Source: Candidatus Saccharimonadota bacterium (GTDB taxonomy: Bacteria > Patescibacteriota > Saccharimonadia > Saccharimonadales > Saccharimonadaceae). Taken from it: 64,000 nucleotides of DNA. Location: contig JAFWKF010000003.1 of NCBI GenBank assembly GCA_017533605.1, positions 6,861 through 70,860 of the forward strand. Direction: 5' to 3'. The notes beneath the pieces were generated by a model that ran no database searches, was not told where the DNA came from, and saw only the letters and a program-made list of their open reading frames with translations. Made by a program: the position numbers and the translations under genes. This document shows, piece by piece, positions 1 through 9,863 of this stretch; position 1 is the first letter of the stretch, and each line of letters begins with the position of its first letter.

Positions 1-458
1 GCGTAGGTATCCCCGCCGACCGTAAACTGATTATCTAGAAACACAGGCATACCAGTCCAAGCTAGGATAGTAAAGATCACAAAAGCTACCAGCCAGTTCA
101 TAATCACGCCAGCAAAGAGGATTTTAGTTTTAGCCCAGAAACTGGTGGCGCCAAAAGTACCTTTTCTAGTATCGGCGTCGGATTCGCCGTCCATCTGACA
201 GAAGCCACCGATTGGGAGCCAGTTTATACTAAAAATTAATCCATCTTGGGGTTTTTTCCAATCTTTGCGTGGTAGGCGTTGCCATTTTTTGGTTTTTGGA
301 TTCTTAACCCAGGCAATGGCGCGAGGCGGGAAACAAATACCAAATTCTAAAACTTTAACACCATTACGCCTTGCAGCAATAAAATGCCCAAATTCGTGAG
401 CGGTCACTAATAGCATTAAGACTAAAAGTCCTACAATAACGCCGACAAAAATATCCAT
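1..458 (-). CDS. rseP: M50 site-2 metalloprotease RseP, runs off the window edge
   Basis: Manual translation MDIFVGVIVGLLVLMLLVTAHEFGHF (HExxH), WLPIGGFC and AGVIMN motifs; follows uppS. Confidence 0.88.
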   Translation of the reverse strand, partial: MDIFVGVIVGLLVLMLLVTAHEFGHFIAARRNGVKVLEFGICFPPRAIAWVKNPKTKKWQRLPRKDWKKPQDGLIFSINWLPIGGFCQMDGESDADTRKGTFGATSFWAKTKILFAGVIMNWLVAFVIFTILAWTGMPVFLDNQFTVGGDTY

Positions 459-473
459 AAGCTTATTATACCA

Positions 474-1142
474 CTATTTACCGAATCTACGGTTGCGTTT
501 TTCGTATTCTTTTAAGATTATTTTAATGTCTTCGGCGGTCATTTCAGGGAAATATTTTTTGATAAACATAAATTCGGCATAGGCAGAGCGCCAAAGCATG
601 AAACCAGAAATGCGTTCTTCGCCGCTGGTGCGAACTACCATGTCAAGATCAGGTACTTCGGGATGGTACAAGTGCTTGCGGATGGTTTCGGGCGTGATTT
701 TACCTTCTGCTTCTAGAGCAATATTAGCGGCATCGGCGATTTCTTGTTCGCCTCCGTAATTAAAGCAGAAACAAACTGTGGTGCCGGTACAATCGACAGT
801 GATGGCTTCAGCTTTTTCGCCAAGTGAAGTGAGAGTGGGATTGACTTTGCCGCGCGTGCCTAAAATCAATAGGCGAATATTGTTTTTAGCCATTTTTTCG
901 GCCATTTTGATGATTTTGGTTTCGGCCATTTTCATGATGTAACTAACTTCAGCTTTTTCACGGCCCCAGTTTTCGGTGCTAAAAACGTAAAAAGTAATGT
1001 ATGGTATCTCGGCTTTAGCAGCGGCCGCGACTAAAGTCTCGATAGTTTTTAAGCCGTGGCGGTGACCTTCAATTTTGGGTAGGCCGTTTTCTTTGGCCCA
1101 CCTGCGGTTGCCATCGGCAATAATTCCTAAATGGTTAATCAT
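474..1142 (-). CDS. uppS: Undecaprenyl diphosphate synthase
   Basis: HLGIIADGNRRWA, FSTENW, RTSGEERISGF. Confidence 0.95.
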   Translation of the reverse strand: MINHLGIIADGNRRWAKENGLPKIEGHRHGLKTIETLVAAAAKAEIPYITFYVFSTENWGREKAEVSYIMKMAETKIIKMAEKMAKNNIRLLILGTRGKVNPTLTSLGEKAEAITVDCTGTTVCFCFNYGGEQEIADAANIALEAEGKITPETIRKHLYHPEVPDLDMVVRTSGEERISGFMLWRSAYAEFMFIKKYFPEMTAEDIKIILKEYEKRNRRFGK

Positions 1143-1154
1143 AATTTCCTTTTG

Positions 1155-1700
1155 TTATATTTTCATGATGTCGTCAGACTTATTTTTGAATTCTTTGTCA
1201 ATTTTTTCATTGAATTCTTTGGTGAGTTCGTCAATTTCCTTTTCGGCGCGCTTTTTGACGTCTTCGCCCATTTCGCTGGCGATTTTGATGGCTTTTCTGG
1301 CGTCTTCACGGATGTTGCGAAGAGCGACTTTGGCTTCTTCAACTTTGGCAGAGGCGTTTTTAACAATTTCTTTGCGGCGCTCTTCAGTTAAGGTTGGGAT
1401 TGGTACTCTAATAATACGACCGTCATCGGCTGGGTTTAGCCCTAATGATTGGTCGTTACGAATAGCTTCGGAGATTGATTTAATATTGGTAGGGTCAAAA
1501 GGTGTAATAACGAGTAAAGTAGCATCAGCGGCGGTAACGTTGGCGACTTGGTTTAGTGGCACAAATTGGCCAAAAGCCTCAACTTTAATACCGGCAAGCA
1601 TATCTGGATGAGCACGTCCGGTGCGAACCTTTTTCATTTCGGTATTAAAACGCTCGACCACGCTTTCCATTTTTTTGCGGTCTTCTTTAGTGTCAAACAT
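1155..1700 (-). CDS. frr: Ribosome recycling factor
   Basis: RTGRA, LTEERRKE, RNIR motifs; AAGGAG upstream of ATG 1700. Confidence 0.95.
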   Translation of the reverse strand: MFDTKEDRKKMESVVERFNTEMKKVRTGRAHPDMLAGIKVEAFGQFVPLNQVANVTAADATLLVITPFDPTNIKSISEAIRNDQSLGLNPADDGRIIRVPIPTLTEERRKEIVKNASAKVEEAKVALRNIREDARKAIKIASEMGEDVKKRAEKEIDELTKEFNEKIDKEFKNKSDDIMKI

Positions 1701-1736
1701 ATTCACTCCTTAATTATGAAATAATTATATCATAGG

Positions 1737-1822
1737 AAGCGACCAAAATAACACCTTTTGGGACACACTCAAGGCCGTTCGGCTAAGCTTACGGTCCCAA
1801 AAGGTGTTATTTTTGGTTGCTT
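1737..1822. repeat. Palindromic element family A, intergenic copy
   Basis: Core GGACACACTCAAGGCCGTTCGGCTAAGCTTACGGTCC inside ~25-bp inverted arms; core matches 16259-16338 (reverse) and 58379-58464. Confidence 0.85.
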
Positions 1823-1828
1823 GATATA

Positions 1829-2173
1829 TTATTTTTCAATCTTGTCGTTAGCTTTGGCGGTTTTTTTCTGAGACTCTTTGGCAGCTTTTTTAGCTTTGTT
1901 CTCCAGGGCTTCTTTAAGCTTTTTAGCTTTCTCAGCGCGAGCTTTAAAGCGATCAACGCGACCTTCGGTATCAATAATCTTCTCTTCGCCAGTAAAGAAT
2001 GGATGGCTTTTAGAAGAAATCTGGATTTTTACCAATGGGTATTCGTTGCCATCTTCCCACTTGATAGTTTCTTCGCTTTTAGCGGTAGACTTAGTGAGAA
2101 ATGAAAAATTCGCAGCCTCGTCTAAAAAGACCACAGCACGATAATCTTTAGGATGTAACTCTTTTTTACTCAT
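1829..2173 (-). CDS. rpmE: 50S ribosomal protein L31 type B with Lys-rich tail
   Basis: [23 protein letters not shown]; start moved to MSKK. Confidence 0.92.
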   Translation of the reverse strand: MSKKELHPKDYRAVVFLDEAANFSFLTKSTAKSEETIKWEDGNEYPLVKIQISSKSHPFFTGEEKIIDTEGRVDRFKARAEKAKKLKEALENKAKKAAKESQKKTAKANDKIEK

Positions 2174-2240
2174 AGTTCTTGTCATTATATCAGAAAAAAA
2201 GAAAAATGTAAAGAAAAAGGCGGATAAATCCGCCTGTGGG

Positions 2241-2909
2241 TTAAAGGATTTCATCGATATCATCAATTATTTTATCGATAAAATTCCTTTTTAACGCGTC
2301 TTCTGGGAGCATGTAGTATTCCGTAGGTGAGAGGTCATCATATTCCTTCTCTTCGAGATTGGAGTGGCGCAGAATGATACGCTTTACGACTTCTCTTTCA
2401 AACTTTTTATCAAAATCTACCCTGTTCCAGACTTTGTTAGTGGAACCTCCCACGATAGATGTTCCATCATGCATCAGAAATGTCATATAGGGGAAAGAAA
2501 AACGTTTGTGTTCTACGATACCGATAATAAAAGCCATAGAGCTCCACTCGCCGATATTAATGGTGTAAACGGGGGTTTTGCTTTTTTCAATGACCGATAC
2601 TAATGAAAAACCTTCTGTGACTTCTCCGCCGGGCGAATTAATAAAAAGTTTAATAGGCTTGCGGTCCTTAGGGTCCAAAGTTTTGTCCATCTCGTTATAT
2701 TTTAAAATGTTTTCAACTATTTTCCCAATTACGGATGATTCCAGCATTGGCTCGCCACCATAGTTATCAACCGAGAGAATGGTTCCGTTAAGAAACAACC
2801 TTCTTTCGCCGAAATCAATTAAGCGTTTAAATTCGCCCAGTTCACTACTAACCTGAAGATTAGTGTTTCCTAGCAGGATTTCTGAAAGTAAATCTTTTCC
2901 TACGTTCAT
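2241..2909 (-). CDS. Divergent ClpP-family protease subunit
   Basis: [14 protein letters not shown] (Ser), FLMH (His); strong SD; hairpin AGGCGGAT/ATCCGCCT downstream. Confidence 0.8.
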   Translation of the reverse strand: MNVGKDLLSEILLGNTNLQVSSELGEFKRLIDFGERRLFLNGTILSVDNYGGEPMLESSVIGKIVENILKYNEMDKTLDPKDRKPIKLFINSPGGEVTEGFSLVSVIEKSKTPVYTINIGEWSSMAFIIGIVEHKRFSFPYMTFLMHDGTSIVGGSTNKVWNRVDFDKKFEREVVKRIILRHSNLEEKEYDDLSPTEYYMLPEDALKRNFIDKIIDDIDEIL

Positions 2910-3080
2910 TTCATCACCTCCTTAAAGTGCAATATACAGAATATCTAGGGGTATTTTATATGATAGTCTTGATTTTTTCAAGCATATGTGCCATAATGGT
3001 AGTATATATTAATTTAATGAAACGGTTTAGGGAGGTTTCCTGTTTTGATGTCCCTAAGCGTAAGAGAAAGGAAATCATAT

Positions 3081-3767
3081 ATGGCAGTAAATGTCGATAT
3101 GAAGGCTCTGCTAGAAAGTGGTGCTCATTTTGGGCACAAAACTAGCCGTTGGCACCCTAAAATGGCGCCATACATACATAGCAAGCGCCAAGGCGCACAT
3201 ATTATTAACTTAGAAAAGACCGTCGCAGGTTTAGAAGCTGCTTTGCCGAAAGTCACTGAAATCGTAAAAGGCGGTAAAAAAGTCTTGTTTGTTGGCACCA
3301 AGAAACAGATGAAGGAGATTGTAAAAGAATCTGCCGAATCTGTAGAAATGCCATACGTAACAGTACGGTGGATTGGCGGTACGCTTACTAACGTTGATAC
3401 TGTTAATCGTCAAATTAAAAAATTAAAAGATTTAGAACGTCGTATGAACTCTGGCGAACTTGAAAATCGTTATTCTAAGCTTGAAGTACAGAGATTTCAA
3501 GAAGAGATTGATGATTTGAATGAACGTTATGGTGGCATTAAAGACATGACTGAACAGCCAGCTGCAGTTATTGTGATGGACGCCCATGAAGATAAGAATG
3601 CAATTAAAGAAGCAAATAATCTTAAAATCCCAGTCTTTGCAGTGGTAGATACAAATGTAGATCCAACTACGATTGACTATGTAATCCCGGGCAATGATGA
3701 TTCAATTAAAGCTACAAAATTAATCCTTGACTATTTTGTTGAGGCAATAAAAGAAGGTAAAAAATAG
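3081..3767 (+). CDS. rpsB: 30S ribosomal protein S2
   Basis: GAHFGH, RWIGGTLTN, IPGNDD. Confidence 0.97.
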   Translation: MAVNVDMKALLESGAHFGHKTSRWHPKMAPYIHSKRQGAHIINLEKTVAGLEAALPKVTEIVKGGKKVLFVGTKKQMKEIVKESAESVEMPYVTVRWIGGTLTNVDTVNRQIKKLKDLERRMNSGELENRYSKLEVQRFQEEIDDLNERYGGIKDMTEQPAAVIVMDAHEDKNAIKEANNLKIPVFAVVDTNVDPTTIDYVIPGNDDSIKATKLILDYFVEAIKEGKK

Positions 3768-3776
3768 GAGGCAAAA

Positions 3777-4373
3777 ATGGCAGATACTAAAGTATCAATT
3801 GAAGATATCAAAAAATTAAAAGAGCTTTCCGGCGCTGGGCTTACCGATGCAAAGCAGGCCTTAGTAGAAGCTAAAGGCGATTTTGATAAAGCTCTAGAAG
3901 CAATGCGTAAAAAAGGTTTAACCAAAGCCGAAAAGCGTGGCGATCGTGAAACTCGTGAAGGTTTGGTGGAATCTTACATTCACGATGGTCGTCTTGGTGC
4001 AATTGTAGAAGTAAACTGCGAAACCAGCTTTGTGGCTAAGACTGATGAGTTTAAAACCTTGGCTCACCAAATTGCTATGCAGGTAGCTTCTATGAATCCA
4101 CTTTATGTTTCTGAAGACGACATTCCTGAAGAAGCTAGAAAAGCTAAGATTAAAGAATTAGAAGCTAGCTTTAAAGGCCCAGAAAACATGAAAGATAAAA
4201 TATTAGAAGGCCAGATGAAGAAAGCTTTTGCTGATAAGGTTTTGATGAACCAACCATACATTTTGGATGACACTAAAACTGTTGAGCAATTTATCAAAGA
4301 GTCAATTGCTAAAACTGGCGAAAATATCACTGTACGTCAATTTAAGCGTATCGAACTTGGTGTAACAGAATAA
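3777..4373 (+). CDS. tsf: Elongation factor Ts (short form)
   Basis: EVNCETSFVA; follows rpsB. Confidence 0.95.
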   Translation: MADTKVSIEDIKKLKELSGAGLTDAKQALVEAKGDFDKALEAMRKKGLTKAEKRGDRETREGLVESYIHDGRLGAIVEVNCETSFVAKTDEFKTLAHQIAMQVASMNPLYVSEDDIPEEARKAKIKELEASFKGPENMKDKILEGQMKKAFADKVLMNQPYILDDTKTVEQFIKESIAKTGENITVRQFKRIELGVTE

Positions 4374-4381
4374 AACAAAGC

Positions 4382-4419
4382 AAAATCAGGCGCCCTCGCA
4401 GTTAAAGCGCCTGATTTTT
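4382..4419. terminator. Probable bidirectional terminator
   Basis: AAAATCAGGCGC...GCGCCTGATTTT between convergent genes. Confidence 0.6.
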
Positions 4420-4441
4420 TGTAGAGTATAAAACTAATTAA

Positions 4442-5341
4442 TTATCTTTTTCTTCTGTCTTTTGCGATGAATATAATGCCACAAGTTCCTACAATGCCAA
4501 ATACTAAGAGTCCAGTGATAAGATAATCTGTTTGACTAATATTAGTAGCAGCGAATAATCCACCGGTGTCTGGTACGTTAGTGTCTGGTACCGCGACAGG
4601 ACTATAAATAAAATCTACTGGATACGGATCACAAAGTGGTTGGCCGTCTGCTCCGAGCGCTGTGACTGTAATAATATATTTTCCTTCTGGTAAATTCGTT
4701 TCACTAAATGGAATAGTAAGGGTTTTGTCTGGTGGAGTAACTTTGACTCCTGATAACACGCCAATTAATTCGCCGTTTGGATAGTATACATTGATTTCTA
4801 ATTGCTTAATATCTTCGTTGTCAGTTTGATAATTTATATTCACGTCTGCATCACCGGTATCTTCATCTTCTTCTGCTGTAGCACTTACTGGCCAATAATA
4901 AACCGAGACTGCATTTTCATATGTTCCGACTGGACCAGTGCCAACTGCTTTAATTACGTATTGCCCATACTTACCACCGCCGTAATTTTTAAAATTGATT
5001 GTCAAAGAATCTGAACCATAGTCTTCCCCTGCTGGTTTAGTGCCGATTGGGTAGGATGTAACATGTCCTTCGCTATCTATGTATTCTAGAGTGAATTCTA
5101 CCTCGTCAACGTTCTCGTAGTTATAATTAATAGTTTGTTCTGGATTTAAAAAATCCTCGCCGTCACTTGGATCGACGATATAAACATTTGGTTTTTCGCC
5201 GACAACTCTTACTATCACGGTTTCAGTAACCGATGACATAGCTTGGGTCTCTGGTGTCGGCAAAAAGGCTGCAAAAATTGTGACGGACACAACTAATGCG
5301 AGCCCACAGAGCCCAAGAATTTTCTTATGTATTCTCTTCAT
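4442..5341 (-). CDS. Secreted beta-rich surface protein with C-terminal VPDTG + TM + basic tail
   Basis: Signal peptide; VPDTGG, hydrophobic segment, KDRRKR. Confidence 0.7.
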   Translation of the reverse strand: MKRIHKKILGLCGLALVVSVTIFAAFLPTPETQAMSSVTETVIVRVVGEKPNVYIVDPSDGEDFLNPEQTINYNYENVDEVEFTLEYIDSEGHVTSYPIGTKPAGEDYGSDSLTINFKNYGGGKYGQYVIKAVGTGPVGTYENAVSVYYWPVSATAEEDEDTGDADVNINYQTDNEDIKQLEINVYYPNGELIGVLSGVKVTPPDKTLTIPFSETNLPEGKYIITVTALGADGQPLCDPYPVDFIYSPVAVPDTNVPDTGGLFAATNISQTDYLITGLLVFGIVGTCGIIFIAKDRRKR

Positions 5342-5388
5342 ACTCTACACTCTTTTATGTTTGATATTTTTGTTTGGATTTGTAAAGG

Positions 5389-6384
5389 TTAAACCGCTAG
5401 CCTTGCACGGCGTTCTTTACGTTTCCTGACTCTTATTATAATCCATATGATTAAAATTGTCAAGAGGATAATGAAAACAATTATGATTAAGGGTGAAATT
5501 AGGAAGATGACGCGTTCAATTACTTGAGGTTCTTCCTCACCGGCGGTGACGGTCCAAGTTATTTTATATAAGCCAAAGCTTGGTGTGTCGACCCACTCGT
5601 CTCTTACTGCGAGTTCAGTCTCTGGAATAATTGAGACCGGAACTACACGTTCGGTTTCATAAGATGAAAAACCGATGATTGGTTCAACCTTTAAGACACC
5701 ATAGGCGTTAAAATCAATGTTGCCGGCGTTTTTAACTTTAGCAGTTGCATTAATTGCGGTCCTGGTGCCATTACTGTCCGTGATGGAAGTGCTGATTGCT
5801 AGATTTGATATTTCAGCCTTGATGTTAGTTTCGCCTTCAGTGGAGTGACCATAAATAATCATACCAATATTTGGTTCGGCCTTGATGCCGTTAACGGTGG
5901 TATTACTAGTTAAGGCATGAGCAAAAAGCACAGCGTATTGTCCACCGGCTGGGATGTTGCTAGGGGTTGTAATACGATAGTGGACTTTTAATGAATCGTT
6001 AGCTTTAACTGTAAATGTGGGTTTGGTGGTATAATTTCCGCTCTCGTCTTCGACAGTGATCCAACGCGAGATCTGGGTGTAATTGTTTTGATTGCTGTAA
6101 CCTAGTTTGTAGGCTTCTTCTTCGTCGGAATAAACATAAGAATACGGAGCGGCGTAGACTTCTACGGTGATATCTTCGTCGCTATAGTTATTAACTTTAA
6201 AGGAGTTGTCGTAGACTGATTCTGATTCTAGTTGAATAGACTTACTAGTGGGTTCAATACCAATACTAATACCTGAAGAGGGTTGAGCATCTTCTGTGGA
6301 CTCTTCTTCGGCGTGGGCACTATTAACAAAAATGCCTAGCCCGAAAAGCATGACTAGACTTAGGAAAATTGCTTTAGTTTTCAT
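5389..6384 (-). CDS. Membrane-anchored surface protein, DUF916-like
   Basis: Signal peptide, PAGGQYAVLF and VKNAGNIDF motifs, C-terminal TM. Confidence 0.6.
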   Translation of the reverse strand: MKTKAIFLSLVMLFGLGIFVNSAHAEEESTEDAQPSSGISIGIEPTSKSIQLESESVYDNSFKVNNYSDEDITVEVYAAPYSYVYSDEEEAYKLGYSNQNNYTQISRWITVEDESGNYTTKPTFTVKANDSLKVHYRITTPSNIPAGGQYAVLFAHALTSNTTVNGIKAEPNIGMIIYGHSTEGETNIKAEISNLAISTSITDSNGTRTAINATAKVKNAGNIDFNAYGVLKVEPIIGFSSYETERVVPVSIIPETELAVRDEWVDTPSFGLYKITWTVTAGEEEPQVIERVIFLISPLIIIVFIILLTILIIWIIIRVRKRKERRARLAV

Positions 6385-6404
6385 CTACCTCCTTTTTGTT
6401 CTGT

Positions 6405-6428
6405 AATGGTGCGCGCGACTAGACTCGA
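6405..6428 (-). repeat. 24-bp duplicate of the tRNA-Leu 3' end (att-like)
   Basis: AATGGTGCGCGCGACTAGACTCGA is identical to 6463-6486. Confidence 0.85.
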
Positions 6429-6464
6429 TTCGAAGAACGAGTCGTGTTGTTGCGCTTTTTTGAA

Positions 6465-6555
6465 TGGTGCGCGCGACTAGACTCGAACTAGCACAGCCGT
6501 GAATCTGGCCACTACCACCTCAAGGTAGCGTGTCTACCAATTCCACCACGCGCGC
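6465..6555 (-). tRNA. tRNA-Leu(GAG)
   Basis: GCGCGCG acceptor stem, CTACC-TTGAGGT-GGTAG anticodon arm, long variable arm, GTTCGA, CCA. Confidence 0.95.
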
Positions 6556-6584
6556 ATAGTGTAATTATATCACATATATATCAA

Positions 6585-8318
6585 TTATGGGGTTTTATTT
6601 TTGGTGGCGGTGCTAACTGCCCAGTTTGTAATATCAGTAAAGCGATCAAGTGCGGTTACGAGACGGACATCATTACCAAAGGAACGAACATTCTTATTGT
6701 AGTAATAAGTGAGGTTTGGTTGATAAAGAGCGACGGCTGGCACGTCATTAACCCAATATTCTAAAAACGACTCATATTTTTTAACACGTAGTTCTTCTTC
6801 GGTGGTTTCGCGAGCGCCAATTAATAAATCATCCACTAGATTGTTTTTATAGTTAGAAAGATTTAGGCCGGAAGATGAGGCTTGTGAAGAGTGATAGTAG
6901 GGTAGTAAATCTGGATCGGCTCCGAGCTCGGTTTCATAAATTAAAATATCATAATCTTTTTTAGAAATAATATTAGTAATAAATTCTTGGTTTTCCTCGT
7001 AATACGAAACATTAACTTCTAAGCCGAGAGATTCTAGATCTTCCTTAATGCTTTCAGTGATAATTGGTAAATAGCCAGAGTTAATAGTAGCGATTTCGAG
7101 ATGAATTGGTGTATCGCCAGAGAGCTCAGCAACTTTGGCTTTAGCGGCTTCTTGATCGTAACTGGGGATAGCCGGGTAACTAGAGAGTTTAATTTGTGAT
7201 TCGGTTAGTGGGTAGTCTAGAGCAACGGTCCCTTCAGCTTGCTCGCGAATTCTTGCGAGATTAATTCCCTGGCGAATTGCAAGGCGTAAAGCTTTTTTCA
7301 TATTTGGTTTGGCTGTGTTGAAAAAGACAAAGGCACCAGAATTGAGACTAGAGTTCTTTTGGTAATATTGGCCGGCTGAGATTTTATCGGCGTCGGTCTC
7401 AGAAAGTTCAGCGGTGGCGGTAACAGAGCCGGAATTGATGGCCCCTAGTACACCATCACGGTCAGTATAAGTATGCACGGCGAAACTATTTAGCATGGGG
7501 CTACCCAGATAATAATTTGGATTAGCCGAGAGATAGACGATGGTTTCATCACTAGCCGAAGTGGTTTGGATAGCATTAAAGCTAAAGGCTCCAGAAGTAA
7601 TTGGCGAAGTTGAAAAGCCATTTTCAATTAGAGTTTTAGGATCTGCGTCACCTAAAATGTGTTCTGGTATGATAGGAATATTAAGAGCGGAAATAAAATC
7701 AGCATATGGGGCAGGTAAAGTAAAGACAATTTCGCCCTCTTCGTTTTCGGCGACTTTGACACTAGATAAGTTAGCATCATAAATAGTATTAACGGCCGAA
7801 TTTTTAATAATATTGGTAGTAAAGAGCACATCTGCGTTGGTGATTGGTTCTCCGTCGGACCATTTGAGATTATCTCTTAGTTTGATAGTCCAGACTTTAC
7901 CGTCGTTACTAGCTTTAATAGATTCAGCTAGACCAATATTCGCATGGCCAGAATAATCATTTGTAATGAGGGTAGCGAACAAGAGTTTACTTAAAACTTT
8001 TTCACTATCGGTAGTGGCAAAGAGTGGATTAAGTGAATTAACGTTTCCGATGGTTGCCTCTGTGTAGGTGCCACCAGAAACAAAGGTGTTTTCGGCATAA
8101 GAGTCGCCGAACCAAAAGGCCTGTGCAACTGACAGCATAATTAGAGCAAAGATTAAAAGTCCCCATTCAAAAATTAATAATTTAATATTGCCAATATGAG
8201 AAAGACGTTGAAACAAGTTTTCCTTAATGTGTTCCTTGCCTTCTTCGCTGGCTTTAATAGAAACTCTAGAAAACTTTCTGATGATTTTTTGCCCACGCTT
8301 TTTGATCGAACTTGCCAT
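6585..8318 (-). CDS. Family 5 (peptide) ABC substrate-binding protein
   Basis: WTIKLRDNLKWSDGEPIT, LNLSNY motifs; N-terminal TM. Confidence 0.85.
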   Translation of the reverse strand: MASSIKKRGQKIIRKFSRVSIKASEEGKEHIKENLFQRLSHIGNIKLLIFEWGLLIFALIMLSVAQAFWFGDSYAENTFVSGGTYTEATIGNVNSLNPLFATTDSEKVLSKLLFATLITNDYSGHANIGLAESIKASNDGKVWTIKLRDNLKWSDGEPITNADVLFTTNIIKNSAVNTIYDANLSSVKVAENEEGEIVFTLPAPYADFISALNIPIIPEHILGDADPKTLIENGFSTSPITSGAFSFNAIQTTSASDETIVYLSANPNYYLGSPMLNSFAVHTYTDRDGVLGAINSGSVTATAELSETDADKISAGQYYQKNSSLNSGAFVFFNTAKPNMKKALRLAIRQGINLARIREQAEGTVALDYPLTESQIKLSSYPAIPSYDQEAAKAKVAELSGDTPIHLEIATINSGYLPIITESIKEDLESLGLEVNVSYYEENQEFITNIISKKDYDILIYETELGADPDLLPYYHSSQASSSGLNLSNYKNNLVDDLLIGARETTEEELRVKKYESFLEYWVNDVPAVALYQPNLTYYYNKNVRSFGNDVRLVTALDRFTDITNWAVSTATKNKTP

Positions 8319-8319
8319 A

Positions 8320-8547
8320 TTATGCCGGTATTATTAATAATCCTAGAATAGATAATACAAAAATCACTGCGGTGACAATTGTGGTAATAAAGAGAGATTT
8401 ATCAAGCCCACGACGAGTCGTATAGAGCTCGCCAGAGCTACCAAAGCCGGCGCCTAACGAAGCGCCACGTTGCTGTAATAGAATTAAAATAATTGTCAGA
8501 ATTGCAGAAATGAATATCAATACTTCTAGAAAATTTCCGATTTCCAT
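8320..8547 (-). CDS. secG: Preprotein translocase SecG
   Basis: ILLQQRGASLGAGFG; two TM helices. Confidence 0.9.
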   Translation of the reverse strand: MEIGNFLEVLIFISAILTIILILLQQRGASLGAGFGSSGELYTTRRGLDKSLFITTIVTAVIFVLSILGLLIIPA

Positions 8548-8563
8548 AAAATAACTCCTAAAG

Positions 8564-9817
8564 TCATTTTAGCATGCTTCTGCGCTTTAGTAAAGTGTGG
8601 TAAGTGATAGCAAAACGGTGGGCTTCTTCGTCAATACGGGCGATTAGACGCGCAATGTGTGAATTATTAGATAATTCCAAATATCCCAACTTTGTTACTA
8701 GTTTTACGTCGGCGGATTTGCTGTGGTTGCCGGATTTGTCACGACCGATGACAGGTATATTATATGGTGCCACTAAAGGTAAGATAGCACCGACTTGGGT
8801 TTTACCGCCGTCTAAAATGATTAAATCTGGATACTCCCATTCTTTGTGTTTTAAGCGCCTCGTGATTATTTCTTGCATGCTTTTTAAGTCATCGTTTTTG
8901 CTGGTGCGGATTTTAAACTTACGATATTCGCTACGCGTGGCGGTGCCGTTTATAAATACCACCATACTTCCTACGACGTTTTCGCCGGATTGGTGGGAAA
9001 TATCATAGCCTTCAATGCGACGGGGCGGGTTTTCTAGACCAAGCAATTCTTGTAATTGTTTGAGGGCTTGGTCGGAAGAAATATCTAAAAATTCTTTGTC
9101 TGAAAAGACAATTCTTTTTTGGAGCTCTTTTAAGCCAAACAATTGATCTCTAGCTTCGGCGGCTAGTTCATAGTTTCCTTTTGAAGCTTCTTCTTGCATA
9201 GTTTTTTCAAGCTCTTTTAATAGTTTTTCGCGGTCACCTTGTAAATAACGGATGAGCTTACGTAGGTCCTGTTTATATTTTTTCTCGGTGGTTTTGCCGA
9301 TTTCTATGCCAGGAGTAAGACTGAGATCAGTATTTAAGGTTTTTTTACCAGTGTATGGCTTGTCGTAATATGGAAAAATGTGGCGCAAGATACGCACGGC
9401 TTTTTCAATAGAAGACTTTCCATAAAAGGGGCCAATGTAGGTCGCTTTATCATCAACTGGATTGCGAGTAAAGGAAACGTAAGGTACTTCTGATTTCATA
9501 TCTATACGTACATAGGACACGGATTTATCATCGCGAAGTAAAATGTTCCATTTGGGCATGTATCTTTTAATCATTTCTGATTCTAAAAAGAGGGCGTCCA
9601 TTTCGGTATCCACTACGATCCAATCAGTGTCGTAGATTTCGGCAACGAGAGCGGTGGTTTTGGGATCCTTATGGGATTTTTGAAAATACTGGCGGACGCG
9701 GTTTTTTAAAACTGCGGCTTTGCCCACATAAATTATTTCACCAGAGGAGTTCTTATGAAAATAAACTCCCGGCGAGGCCGGGAGTTTATGTAGTTTTTGT
9801 TTCAACGCCTCATTCAT
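8564..9817 (-). CDS. uvrC: Excinuclease UvrC (short form)
   Basis: GIY-YIG PGVY/IYVGKA, UVR domain, YDISH, ILDGG, DEEAHRFA. Confidence 0.9.
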   Translation of the reverse strand: MNEALKQKLHKLPASPGVYFHKNSSGEIIYVGKAAVLKNRVRQYFQKSHKDPKTTALVAEIYDTDWIVVDTEMDALFLESEMIKRYMPKWNILLRDDKSVSYVRIDMKSEVPYVSFTRNPVDDKATYIGPFYGKSSIEKAVRILRHIFPYYDKPYTGKKTLNTDLSLTPGIEIGKTTEKKYKQDLRKLIRYLQGDREKLLKELEKTMQEEASKGNYELAAEARDQLFGLKELQKRIVFSDKEFLDISSDQALKQLQELLGLENPPRRIEGYDISHQSGENVVGSMVVFINGTATRSEYRKFKIRTSKNDDLKSMQEIITRRLKHKEWEYPDLIILDGGKTQVGAILPLVAPYNIPVIGRDKSGNHSKSADVKLVTKLGYLELSNNSHIARLIARIDEEAHRFAITYHTLLKRRSMLK

Positions 9818-9863
9818 TTTTTAATTATATCACACTTATGCAAAAAAGTCAAGTTTGCGTCTG

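Noticed and set aside
3020-3062. Hairpin TTAGGGA...TCCCTAA in the rpsB leader
   Set aside because: Plausibly an ordinary ribosomal-protein leader; I cannot assign a family.
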